Shown: piece after piece, positions 8,567-17,800 of the stretch
How positions within the stretch are numbered: position 1 is the stretch's first letter
Layout of the letters: the number at the start of each line of letters is the position of its first letter
DNA from: a virus
Reading direction: 5' to 3' (one strand)
IMG/VR virus record: IMGVR_UViG_3300010361_000005
Coordinates: 1-63,683 of that record
Length of the DNA: 63,683 nucleotides
Notes under the pieces: model-generated
Databases searched by the model: none
The model's input: only the letters and a program-made list of their open reading frames with translations
What the model was told of the DNA's origin: nothing
Program-made: the position numbers and the translations under genes

Positions 8567-9652
8567 ATGAAGCCAACGAAGCCCACCGTTCTCCAGATCG
8601 ACCACGGACCACGTGTTCAGGTGTGCGACGACACCCTGGCGGCGCTGGTCGCTGCGGGTCGCATGGATCCGGAGTTCGAGCGGATGCGCTTCCGCGATGC
8701 CGAGCAGTTCATTGCTGCTCGGTGGGAGGGTCCTCCCGCCGTTGCCGCAGCGCCGTACCCTGGTGCGGTAGTCAACCCGTTGGGACCGCCAACGATTTCG
8801 GGAACGACGTTCTCGATCGACATCGCACTGCAAAACCCCACGCGGGTGATCACGCCAATGGTCCTCGACCTGACAAGGCAGCGGTTCTTCGTGGACCGCG
8901 TGTTCACGTCAGCGGGAGGAGTCACGGGCGGCGCGGTCATCTATGACCTGGTGGTCACTCCTGACTACTACATGGACCGTGACATCCAGCGGGTCGAGCC
9001 AGGGTCGGAGTTCCCGATCGTGGCATTCAGCCGCCGCGCACCGGCAGCGGCTGTCGTCGAGAAGTGGGGCGGCAAGTTCTACTTCCTCGACGAAACCCGC
9101 GATCGCAACAACATCGCGGAGTTCACCAAGGCGATGCGCCAGCTGGCCAACACGGTGGTTCGCAAGATCAACCAGCGTGGCGTCCAGATCCTGGAGGCAT
9201 TCATCACGGCGAGCTCACGCACCTTCACCGGCGTCAGCTGGGGCAGCGTCAACACGACGTATGCCGCAGGTTCGAACTGGCCGCTGTTCCCGGCAAGGGA
9301 CTTCGCCAAGGCGGACCTGATCGCCGAGCAGGACGAGATGGACATGGATTACAACCTGTGGGTGATGAACCCCACGGAGATGTTCAATCTCGAGGGTATC
9401 TACGGCGACAAGCTGGGTGCCCTGCTCGACTCGTACGACATCGACATCTTCGTCACCAACCGCATGACTGCCGGCCAAGCCTACGCGCTGGCAGAGGGTG
9501 CGGTCGGCGAGATGCGCATCGAGGCACCGCTCAGCACGGAGACCTGGCGCGACCCGAACGGAAAGCAGCAAACCTGGGTCCAGTCGAGTGTCAGGCCTGT
9601 CATGTACGCGAACAATGCGTTCGCGGTCCTCAAGGTCACCGGACTCACCTAG
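8567..9652 (+). CDS. major capsid protein (HK97-fold by position)
   Basis: 361 aa, ATG 6 nt after GGAAGGGAGGGAAG; canonical position after protease/scaffold/decoration. Confidence 0.7.
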   Translation: MKPTKPTVLQIDHGPRVQVCDDTLAALVAAGRMDPEFERMRFRDAEQFIAARWEGPPAVAAAPYPGAVVNPLGPPTISGTTFSIDIALQNPTRVITPMVLDLTRQRFFVDRVFTSAGGVTGGAVIYDLVVTPDYYMDRDIQRVEPGSEFPIVAFSRRAPAAAVVEKWGGKFYFLDETRDRNNIAEFTKAMRQLANTVVRKINQRGVQILEAFITASSRTFTGVSWGSVNTTYAAGSNWPLFPARDFAKADLIAEQDEMDMDYNLWVMNPTEMFNLEGIYGDKLGALLDSYDIDIFVTNRMTAGQAYALAEGAVGEMRIEAPLSTETWRDPNGKQQTWVQSSVRPVMYANNAFAVLKVTGLT

Positions 9653-9660
9653 GAGGAGCG

Positions 9661-10182
9661 ATGGCACAGAAGATCATCAAGCATCGCCTCTTCACGTGGT
9701 TCGAGGTGACGCCCAACCCAGTCGACCCCGGCGGGCCGGATGTGCTCACGGAGCGCATCAACATTGCCGGTGACGACGTGGACATCACCAACGAGGACTA
9801 CGTCAAGCGCGGTGAGGAGCTCGACGCATTCTTCACCGACGAAGAGGCCGATCAGGTTCGCGCCGGAACGTACAACGGACCGGGTGCGGAGCAGGTGTAC
9901 TATCTCCGTCAGGGGAGCCAGACCGCTCCGCACAATCTGCCACGTCAGATCGGTCCTGCCGACGGCGAGCACGGCGACACGGCAAGCATGTCGGCCGAGG
10001 AGTTGGCCGACTACATCAACGAGCACAAGCTCAACGTCGATCAGACGGTGGCGCTCGCTGGCGATGACCTGGAGAGCATCGAGAAGGTCCTTGACGCAGA
10101 GAACCTTGCGACGGACAACGACCCGCGCAAGGGAGTCACGGATCGTCTCGAGGCCAAGATGAATGCCGCGACAACGGGCTAA
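9661..10182 (+). CDS. hypothetical virion-region protein (173 aa)
   Basis: ATG after AGGAGGAGCG; acidic. Confidence 0.5.
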   Translation: MAQKIIKHRLFTWFEVTPNPVDPGGPDVLTERINIAGDDVDITNEDYVKRGEELDAFFTDEEADQVRAGTYNGPGAEQVYYLRQGSQTAPHNLPRQIGPADGEHGDTASMSAEELADYINEHKLNVDQTVALAGDDLESIEKVLDAENLATDNDPRKGVTDRLEAKMNAATTG

Positions 10183-10186
10183 GGTC

Positions 10187-10597
10187 ATGGCCGACGAGTA
10201 CAAGGCTCTGACGTACGTCAACCTCCCATTCCTTGACGGGAATGGGAGGTCGTACCTTCCAGGGCAGATGATCCCGCACGCCGACTTCGAAGAGTCCGTC
10301 GAGTTGGCACAGGCGGCAATGCCCGATCATGACGACCTGGTCTCTGCAGACGACATGATCGCGGAGATGATCAAGTACGGCTCGCTCAGCGAGGACGCGG
10401 ATTCGGAACTGCATCCGGCTCACATCAACTTTGATCCGGGTCAGCCAACGGTCTACGGTCTCGCGCAGCAGGCGAAGCAACTTGTCGCACAACTGGAGGC
10501 GGAGGGCAAGGACGTGCCGCAGGAACTGCAGGTCTTCGCCGACGCTATCCAGAGCATCAACGCGGAAGACGCAGCCTCGGGTGGTGACAAGACGTGA
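10187..10597 (+). CDS. hypothetical protein (136 aa)
   Basis: ATG start shortly after upstream stop; acidic. Confidence 0.5.
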   Translation: MADEYKALTYVNLPFLDGNGRSYLPGQMIPHADFEESVELAQAAMPDHDDLVSADDMIAEMIKYGSLSEDADSELHPAHINFDPGQPTVYGLAQQAKQLVAQLEAEGKDVPQELQVFADAIQSINAEDAASGGDKT

Positions 10598-11169
10598 TCC
10601 GCAACGGCACCACCCACTGGATCTGCGAGAAGTGGAGCGAGGAAGCTTGTGAGTTCACCCGCAGGAAGCTTCTGCTCCCGAAGGACATGGACATCTCTTC
10701 GGCCCTGCTCCGTGAGATCATCGGTGAGGCGGAGATCATCGAGGAAGTCCATGGCAACTTGCTGCTAAACGAGGGCATTCAGCGGCTTCAGGACATGTCG
10801 ATGATCGCTACCGTCGTGTCCAATCAGGTGGCAACGAACCCGTGGTCAAACACCAACGCCTATCTGGGCGTCGGGACATCGAACACGGCTGAGGCGGCGA
10901 CTCAGACCGACCTTCAGGCCGGTGGGTTCTACAAGGCGATGAACGCGACCTATCCGTCGCGCTCAAACCAGACGGTCAGCTTTCAGTCTGACTTCGCCGG
11001 TACTGAGGCGAACCAGGTCTGGGCCGAATGGTCAATCGCTGCCGGCGCATCCGGTGCCTCCGGTGCAGGGTTCACGACGGGCACGACCAACCTTCAGAGG
11101 AAGGTCGCAGCCCTGGGCACAAAGGCATCGGGCACGTGGACCCTGACGGCACAGGTCACGTTCTCCTAG
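10594..11169 (+). CDS. hypothetical structural protein (191 aa)
   Basis: GTGA overlap with upstream gene; beta-rich Thr/Ser/Gly C-terminal half. Confidence 0.45.
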   Translation: MIRNGTTHWICEKWSEEACEFTRRKLLLPKDMDISSALLREIIGEAEIIEEVHGNLLLNEGIQRLQDMSMIATVVSNQVATNPWSNTNAYLGVGTSNTAEAATQTDLQAGGFYKAMNATYPSRSNQTVSFQSDFAGTEANQVWAEWSIAAGASGASGAGFTTGTTNLQRKVAALGTKASGTWTLTAQVTFS

Positions 11170-11208
11170 GGAGCGGGGGACTGCTCGCGAGGGCAGTCCC
11201 CTAATCTC

Positions 11209-12048
11209 ATGCCGTCAACTCCTAACTACAACATCCCGTATCCGCTCGGAACGGACAAGCCGCTCATGGCTAACCACATGGCGGCTATCGCTACACAGGT
11301 TGATGCATTCATAATGTCTATCCCGGTGGGTGCGTCCTTCGAGTGGGACTACGGTGCGGCACAGATCCCGGCGTGGGCATTGCTACAATACGGTCAGGCT
11401 GTCTCCCGCACAACCTACTCAGCGCTGGCTGCCCTAGCGTCGGCGTCGTCCTACCCACACGGCTCGGGCGACGGCAGTACCACATTCAACATTGCCGACA
11501 AGCGCGGTTGTCTGTCTGTTGGCCGTGATGACATGGGCGGTACTGCTGCCGGACGTATCACGGCTGCGCTTTCGGGTGTTGCCGGAACGGTTCTCGGTGC
11601 TGTATGTGGGAGTGAGGGCGTGACGCTGAGTACAGCGCAGCTGTCCTCACATAACCACAGCGGCGCTACCGGATACATCTCGGCGGATCATTCACACGCC
11701 GGTCAGTCAGCTGGTCGTGACACTGCGCACAATCACGCTGACAGTGGTCACCTTCACAATCCAGGGATCTCGGCGAACACGATGGATGGTTGGATCGGTG
11801 ATGACACGACCGGCTACTACTCTGGCGGCAACGGAGCGCCGATTGGCCCGCACTACGGCGGCAACTGGTACAACTCTAACTATGGTTACTTCAACAGTAG
11901 CGGAGAGACTGCCGAACATACGCATGGGACGACGACGGGTGGCATTGATACAAACCACACCCATCAGATCTACGCTGATGGCGGTGGTGGCGCTCACCCG
12001 AACACGCAGCCGACGCTCATCGCCAACAAGATCGTGAGAGCCACCTGA
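11209..12048 (+). CDS. tail-collar-domain fibre protein, paralogue 1
   Basis: Collar-domain motifs WALLQYGQAVSRTTY, GDGSTTFNIADKRG, VTLSTAQLSSHNH, C-terminal GGAHPNTQPTLIANKIVR; His-rich variable segment. Confidence 0.75.
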   Translation: MPSTPNYNIPYPLGTDKPLMANHMAAIATQVDAFIMSIPVGASFEWDYGAAQIPAWALLQYGQAVSRTTYSALAALASASSYPHGSGDGSTTFNIADKRGCLSVGRDDMGGTAAGRITAALSGVAGTVLGAVCGSEGVTLSTAQLSSHNHSGATGYISADHSHAGQSAGRDTAHNHADSGHLHNPGISANTMDGWIGDDTTGYYSGGNGAPIGPHYGGNWYNSNYGYFNSSGETAEHTHGTTTGGIDTNHTHQIYADGGGGAHPNTQPTLIANKIVRAT

Positions 12049-12905
12049 TGGGTACCACGACGCCAAACTACAAGCTTCGTTATCCAGTAGGCTCGGATAG
12101 CCCGAATGTCCAGAACGACATCAAGAACATGGCACTAGATATGGACGCCTACATCATGGGCATCGCGATCGGGATGACCTGCGACTGGGACTATGGTTCA
12201 GCACAGATACCGTCCTGGGCAATACTTCAGTACGGACAGGCTGTATCGCGTACGAACTACCCGAAGCTGCACACGCTTGCGAATCAGGCCAGCTACCCTC
12301 ACGGATCAGGTGATGGTAGCACCACCTTCAATATCGCAGACAAGCGTGGTCGCGCTGTTGCGGGCAAAGATGATATGGGAGGGACTGCCGCCAGCAGACT
12401 CACCGCCGCCATCTCCGGTGCGGCAGGTACGATCCTTGGTGCTGTGATGGGCGGTGAAGGTTACACACTCGCGACTGCCCAGATCGCTTCGCATTCACAT
12501 ACCGGAGCAACAGGAACGGTATCAACCGATCACTCACATAGTGGTACCTCTGGCGGTAGGTCTGCGGATCATGCTCACGGAGACTACGGACACCTTCACC
12601 AGCCGTACCAGCGTGTCATGTCTCAGGATGGATGGATCGGTCCTGGTAGTTCATGGTACGCAGGTGCCGGCGGTGACCTCTGGAGCTCTCACTCCGGCGG
12701 GGGCTGGCAGACCTCTGGTGGTTGGTTCTTCTCAAATACCGGCAACGCTTCTGTCGGCAACCCTTCCGCGAACCACGGACATCAGACGAACTTTGGAACT
12801 GTTAGCGCCTGGCATACACAGAGCATTCCTTCAGACGGTAGCGGTGCTGCCCACCCAAACGTGCAGCCTACGATCATCGTGAACAAGATCGTGAGGGCGC
12901 TCTGA
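12048..12905 (+). CDS. tail-collar-domain fibre protein, paralogue 2
   Basis: Same motifs (WAILQYGQAVSRTNY, GDGSTTFNIADKRG, SHSH, AHPNVQPTIIVNKIVR); TGATG junction. Confidence 0.75.
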   Translation: MGTTTPNYKLRYPVGSDSPNVQNDIKNMALDMDAYIMGIAIGMTCDWDYGSAQIPSWAILQYGQAVSRTNYPKLHTLANQASYPHGSGDGSTTFNIADKRGRAVAGKDDMGGTAASRLTAAISGAAGTILGAVMGGEGYTLATAQIASHSHTGATGTVSTDHSHSGTSGGRSADHAHGDYGHLHQPYQRVMSQDGWIGPGSSWYAGAGGDLWSSHSGGGWQTSGGWFFSNTGNASVGNPSANHGHQTNFGTVSAWHTQSIPSDGSGAAHPNVQPTIIVNKIVRAL

Positions 12906-13741
12906 TGGGTGTGACCTCGCAATACGCTCTTCGCTACCCAGAGCCGACCTACCCATCCACGGTTGCGACTGATTTGCAGAATCTGGCGCAGGATGTAGAC
13001 AACTTCATCATGAGCGTTCCCGTGGGAATGTCGATGGAGTGGGACTATGCCGCTGCGCTGATACCTACATGGGCATTGCTTCAGTATGGGCAGGCCGTGA
13101 GTCGGACGCTGTATCCTCTACTAGGTGCGCTCGCGAGCGCGGCCAGCTATCCTCATGGCGCGGGTGACGGCAGCACTACATTCAACATTGCGGACAAGCG
13201 GGGTCGGGTGCACGCTGGTAAAGATGATATGGGAGGCACGGCTGCCGGTCGTATTACAGCTGCGCTCTCCGGTACGGCTGGTACAGTGCTCGGTGCCGCT
13301 GTAGGTAATGAGGGTGTGACGCTGAGTACTGCTCAACTACCATCACACAATCACAGTGGCGCTACAAACATTCCCTCTGCGAACCATGCCCACTCCGGTC
13401 ACTCGGGCGGGGTCTCTGCCTGGCATAGTCATAACGACGGAGGACATGGACACAACCCGGCTGGTAACTGTAGCTTCGCGGATGGCTGGATGGGTACTGG
13501 CAACAATGACTTCTCTAACGGCGGTGCTGACCGCTACGGATCGCATATAGGCTACCAGTGGCTCTGGAGCAATACTGCGTATGTCAACCTTGCCACCGAG
13601 AACGTAGACCACTCTCATTACACCAGCACCGGCGGAGTAAGCGCGAATGAGTATCACGCGATACCGTCGGATGGTAGTGGCGCTGCCCACCCGAATACTC
13701 AACCAACCATCATCGTCAACCAGATTGTGAGGGCAATCTAA
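12905..13741 (+). CDS. tail-collar-domain fibre protein, paralogue 3
   Basis: Same motifs (WALLQYGQAVSRTLY, GDGSTTFNIADKRG, SHNH, AHPNTQPTIIVNQIVR); TGATG junction. Confidence 0.75.
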   Translation: MGVTSQYALRYPEPTYPSTVATDLQNLAQDVDNFIMSVPVGMSMEWDYAAALIPTWALLQYGQAVSRTLYPLLGALASAASYPHGAGDGSTTFNIADKRGRVHAGKDDMGGTAAGRITAALSGTAGTVLGAAVGNEGVTLSTAQLPSHNHSGATNIPSANHAHSGHSGGVSAWHSHNDGGHGHNPAGNCSFADGWMGTGNNDFSNGGADRYGSHIGYQWLWSNTAYVNLATENVDHSHYTSTGGVSANEYHAIPSDGSGAAHPNTQPTIIVNQIVRAI

Positions 13742-14145
13742 TGGCCTTAGGAGATACCAAGCCTGATGCACCGCCGCTCATCCCGCAGCTTCAGTTGGTC
13801 GACCAGAAGCGCAAGATTGTTCGGCGTATGCGGCGTAAGGACGAGCGGATCATGCAAGAGCATCTCAAGAAGAAGATGACCGAGCATCATCTGCAGCACC
13901 TGGAGGATCTGAAGGTGCAACACGAGCAGATGCTCGCGAACCTCGATGCGCCTATCGTGTATGAACTGGAGCGGAATGACACCGGCGGTCTGCTCTGGTT
14001 GCCGGATGGGATGGGCGTCATCATCCAGGACAACTACTTCTGCCGGATGACGGATCCGATCACCGGGATGGATCGAGTCTTCGGTCTGTCACCGATGGAG
14101 GTTGACACGTACTACGAGGATGCGGATGAAGCTACACCCAGTTGA
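13741..14145 (+). CDS. hypothetical protein (134 aa)
   Basis: TAATG junction with upstream gene. Confidence 0.5.
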   Translation: MALGDTKPDAPPLIPQLQLVDQKRKIVRRMRRKDERIMQEHLKKKMTEHHLQHLEDLKVQHEQMLANLDAPIVYELERNDTGGLLWLPDGMGVIIQDNYFCRMTDPITGMDRVFGLSPMEVDTYYEDADEATPS

Positions 14146-14386
14146 ACGGCTTCGTCAGATCTGGACTCCTGAGCGTGAGATCGAGGAGTTGTTCACAGAC
14201 CTGTCTCCGGGGTCTGAACTTGACTCACAGATCCGTGACTTCTTCTCGCGCATCATCGATCGGGAGGGCAGCATCACGCTTGACATAACAGACCCAGTCC
14301 CCGACTTCATGATCCGCTGGGAGATCATTCACACCCCACCGCCGGAGGCCCGGCGAAAAATCACAATCTGGAAGGTGCCGATATGA
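14126..14386 (+). CDS. hypothetical protein (86 aa)
   Basis: ATG 6 nt after GAGG; short overlap with upstream gene. Confidence 0.45.
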   Translation: MKLHPVERLRQIWTPEREIEELFTDLSPGSELDSQIRDFFSRIIDREGSITLDITDPVPDFMIRWEIIHTPPPEARRKITIWKVPI

Positions 14387-14601
14387 ACGTGATGTGCACG
14401 ATTCAGCTTCAGCCAGGTGATCAGGAATTGACCATGACGCCGGACGAGATGGCGACATCGATTCTGAACGGTCTTGGCGGCGACCCGGCCAAGGACTTGG
14501 TCAACGTCAGCGTCATGCAACCGCCCACCACCGGCACGGCAGGCAATCCACTGCCTCCGCCGCCTCCTCCCGACAACATCCTGCCTTCGCCGCCTGCATG
14601 A
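14383..14601 (+). CDS. hypothetical protein (72 aa, Pro-rich C-terminus)
   Basis: ATGA overlap. Confidence 0.45.
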   Translation: MNVMCTIQLQPGDQELTMTPDEMATSILNGLGGDPAKDLVNVSVMQPPTTGTAGNPLPPPPPPDNILPSPPA

Positions 14602-14840
14602 TCCCGACTGCTGATCCTGACGTCTTCATCGAGGAGCAGCGTGAGGGCTACATACGCTATCGCCGCACCGATGGAGCCGTCTGGGAGGTTAGGGGAATCT
14701 GTGATGGACGCGGAGATTGCTACGCTGGGGCTGCTGAGCCCGCGCCAGTGGGTCTCGATGTACCTGTTGGCCCTGCTCCTTTTGATGGCTGCTGCCCGCT
14801 GGAGATAACTCTACTGGTAGATTGGGATGCCAGTCAATAA
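14598..14840 (+). CDS. hypothetical protein (80 aa)
   Basis: ATGA overlap. Confidence 0.45.
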   Translation: MIPTADPDVFIEEQREGYIRYRRTDGAVWEVRGICDGRGDCYAGAAEPAPVGLDVPVGPAPFDGCCPLEITLLVDWDASQ

Positions 14841-17800
14841 GTGGTACCTGCACAACGCTGCCTACTCTGCTGGCGGCACAATGCCCGCGCCGACGACGCT
14901 AATGAGTGCGAGCGTTCAGGCAGGTTCTGGCTACTTCAACGCGACGGCGGTGGCTAACCGGATCGACACGAACATGACGATGAACGGAACGAAGGGCAGT
15001 ACGGTGCAGACTCCGAGCGGCACTACTGGCGCGAGCAATACTGCGCAGTATTTCCCGGTCAGACGTTTCGTTTCTCCTCCTTTGGCAGCGCAGACGATTC
15101 CAGCAACCGCGAACAGCTTGCTGCTCCAGGCGGGACTGCAAACGAGCAACGCTTCAACCAGCCCGATCTTCTTCCGCTTCGGATGTCTGGCGGTCTGGCG
15201 TCCATCGACCGGCGCGCTCGTTGGCCGTCTTCTGGACAAAGTTACCACCGGCGGCGGAGCTTCTTCGATTGCATCCATGGCATGGCATCAGTCGAGCGCG
15301 GCAGGCCTCTTCGACACTCCTGCGGCCGCGCTGACGATTCAAGACAACGACGTTCTCATATTCGAGATGTGGGTGGCCGTTACACAGTCGATGTCAACCG
15401 CCTACACGACTTGGGTGCAGTTCGACGGGGTGGATGATTTTACGAGCGACGGCACGGCTGAGTCAAGCGCAGCCGCAGTTCTGCTGACACCGACGATCTA
15501 CCTGCTAGGCGAGAGCGCGCCAGTCGGCGTCTCCAGTTCTGATTCGAACTCCGGGTCAGCGAATGAGTCGGCATACGTTGAGGTCACTGACTTCCCACAG
15601 AATGGTGTCATCGATAACTTCAATCGGGCCGATGGAATCTTGACTTCTCCCTGGGTGGGTATGACAGTACCCACTCAGACGTATCTGACTCCCTACGTTT
15701 CTAGTAATCAAGCTTCGACTGGGCCACCTGGAAATGGCTGTGGTGCGTATCGGAGTGATCAATCACTCACCGACTGCGAAGCGTACATTGATCTCCCAAA
15801 CCCGTCCGAGTCTCAATACCACGATGTATGGCTGAGATTCACTCCGGGCACCGATGTCGGTGCACAAAATGGCTACTACTTACGGCACGATAGTACAAAT
15901 AACAAGTTGATGTTGCAGAAGGTAAGTGGTGGTAGCTCGTCTACTGTCGGTGGACAACCTACCTGTGCTCTCTCACCAGGGGATTCAATTGGGGCAAGAG
16001 TGCTTGGAACGACATTCACGATTTATTACAAACCTCTTGGTGCGGCTAAATGGAGAGTGCTCGGAACAGGAACTGATGCGACATATCAGAATGCTGGCGC
16101 GACTGGATTCTTCTCGCCTGGGCATCCTACGGTCTTTGACAACTTCGGTGGCGGTTCCATCAAGACGAACGTATCCGCTTCCGACACTAACGGAACGACG
16201 ACAGAGAGTGGATCGTACAAGGGTCAGTATTCAGATACCGATGCCACCGGGATCAACGAGATCGAAGTGGTTACCCTTGTCGGGAAGCTTGGCGATACGG
16301 ACACCAACGGATATGTAGAAGTAGCTACATCGAAAACTCTCCAGCTTGACATTGACACGACCATCAGCGAATCAGAGACCGCGACTGCTACACCGGCAAC
16401 ACAGGTCTCTGGAACGGATGCTAATGGCGCTGTCACCGAGAACGGATCCGTCAGTACTTTCCCGACCAACGGGCTGATACTTCACTTCGACGCTTCTACA
16501 CTCGGCCTTGCGAATGGTGCCGACGTCAACCCATGGCCGAACCTCGCAACCCCAGCGATCCCTGGTACTGTTGTAGGAACACCCAACCCCACGTTCCAGA
16601 CCGGACAGATCAATGATGGCAAGGGTGTTGTTCGGTTCAAGGCTGGGGCGGGACGCGTCCGTGTATCAAGTACAGGTGTCTCGGTGCCAATGACCCTGCT
16701 GGTCGTTGCGCATCATAACGGCGCAGCAGCTACTCAGCAGAGGATCATCTCAACTAACTATCCGCCAAACAACTTCCTACTCGGTTGGTGGGGACCAGCA
16801 GGTGGGCCGGGATACCAGGATGCGGTATATGACGGAGGATGGGCAGCGGGTGAGCCGAGTGTCACGGCGAACAATCAATGGAAGCTGTACTCGTTTGATC
16901 AGGTAGGCGCGAATCCTGTACGGTTGTTCTCGGATGGCATCCTGACAAGGAACGGCGGTTCAGGATCTCAAAACCTCGGTGGTTCACTGAATATCTCCGG
17001 TCAGGATGCAACCGCCACGACAGAGACCTCTGACTGTGAGGTGGCTGAGGTCTTCGTCTACAGCAGACAGCTGTCTGACACTGAACGGCAGCTGGTCGAG
17101 AACTACCTCCGCAACAAGTGGTTCAGAAATCCTCAAACTGTTCTTGATTCTAATGCACCAGTCAGTGAGGTAACGGCTCCGGTACGGATCACGGACACCG
17201 ACAGCAACTTGGCGACCACTGAAACTGCCGGCTATGTCGTCAACATCATCGTCTACGAACCAGACTTCGTCGACTCATACAATACGCTTGCGACCCTCTA
17301 CTCACCGTACAGTTCGATCCCCGCAACCTTCTCGTCGTACAACACGCTTACCGGCGCACCCTTGCCGCTGCCCAATCTGGTTGAGGCAACTACCATCTCC
17401 CAGAAGTATTCAGATATAGATGCGAATGGTACAACGACTGAGTCAGCATCGGTTACTAGGGAGCAGATAACAGACGTAGACGCTACCGGAATCAACGAGA
17501 TCGAGGTTGTTTCGGTTGTCGCTAAGATCACGGATACGGATGTAACTATCGTTGAGACAGAGGCTGTCAGCATTGTCTACCTGCCGGTCAGCGCAGATGC
17601 AAACAGCGTCACCACCGAGTCAGCGTCCATCACACGGGAGCAGATCACTACCGCTGACACAAACAGTACTACGACCGAGTCAGGGTCTGTAACCAGGGGT
17701 CTCCTCACCGATGTAGATGCTGGTACTGGCTCAGACACGGCAACTGTTGGTAAGGCACTAGTCAGCGATATAGACGCTAACGGTACCACAACTGAATCAG

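Noticed and set aside
11209-13741. Diversity-generating retroelement (template/variable repeat) explanation for the three diverged tail-collar paralogues
   Set aside because: No reverse transcriptase gene exists anywhere in the genome. The divergence involves indels and all residue types, not adenine-specific substitutions.
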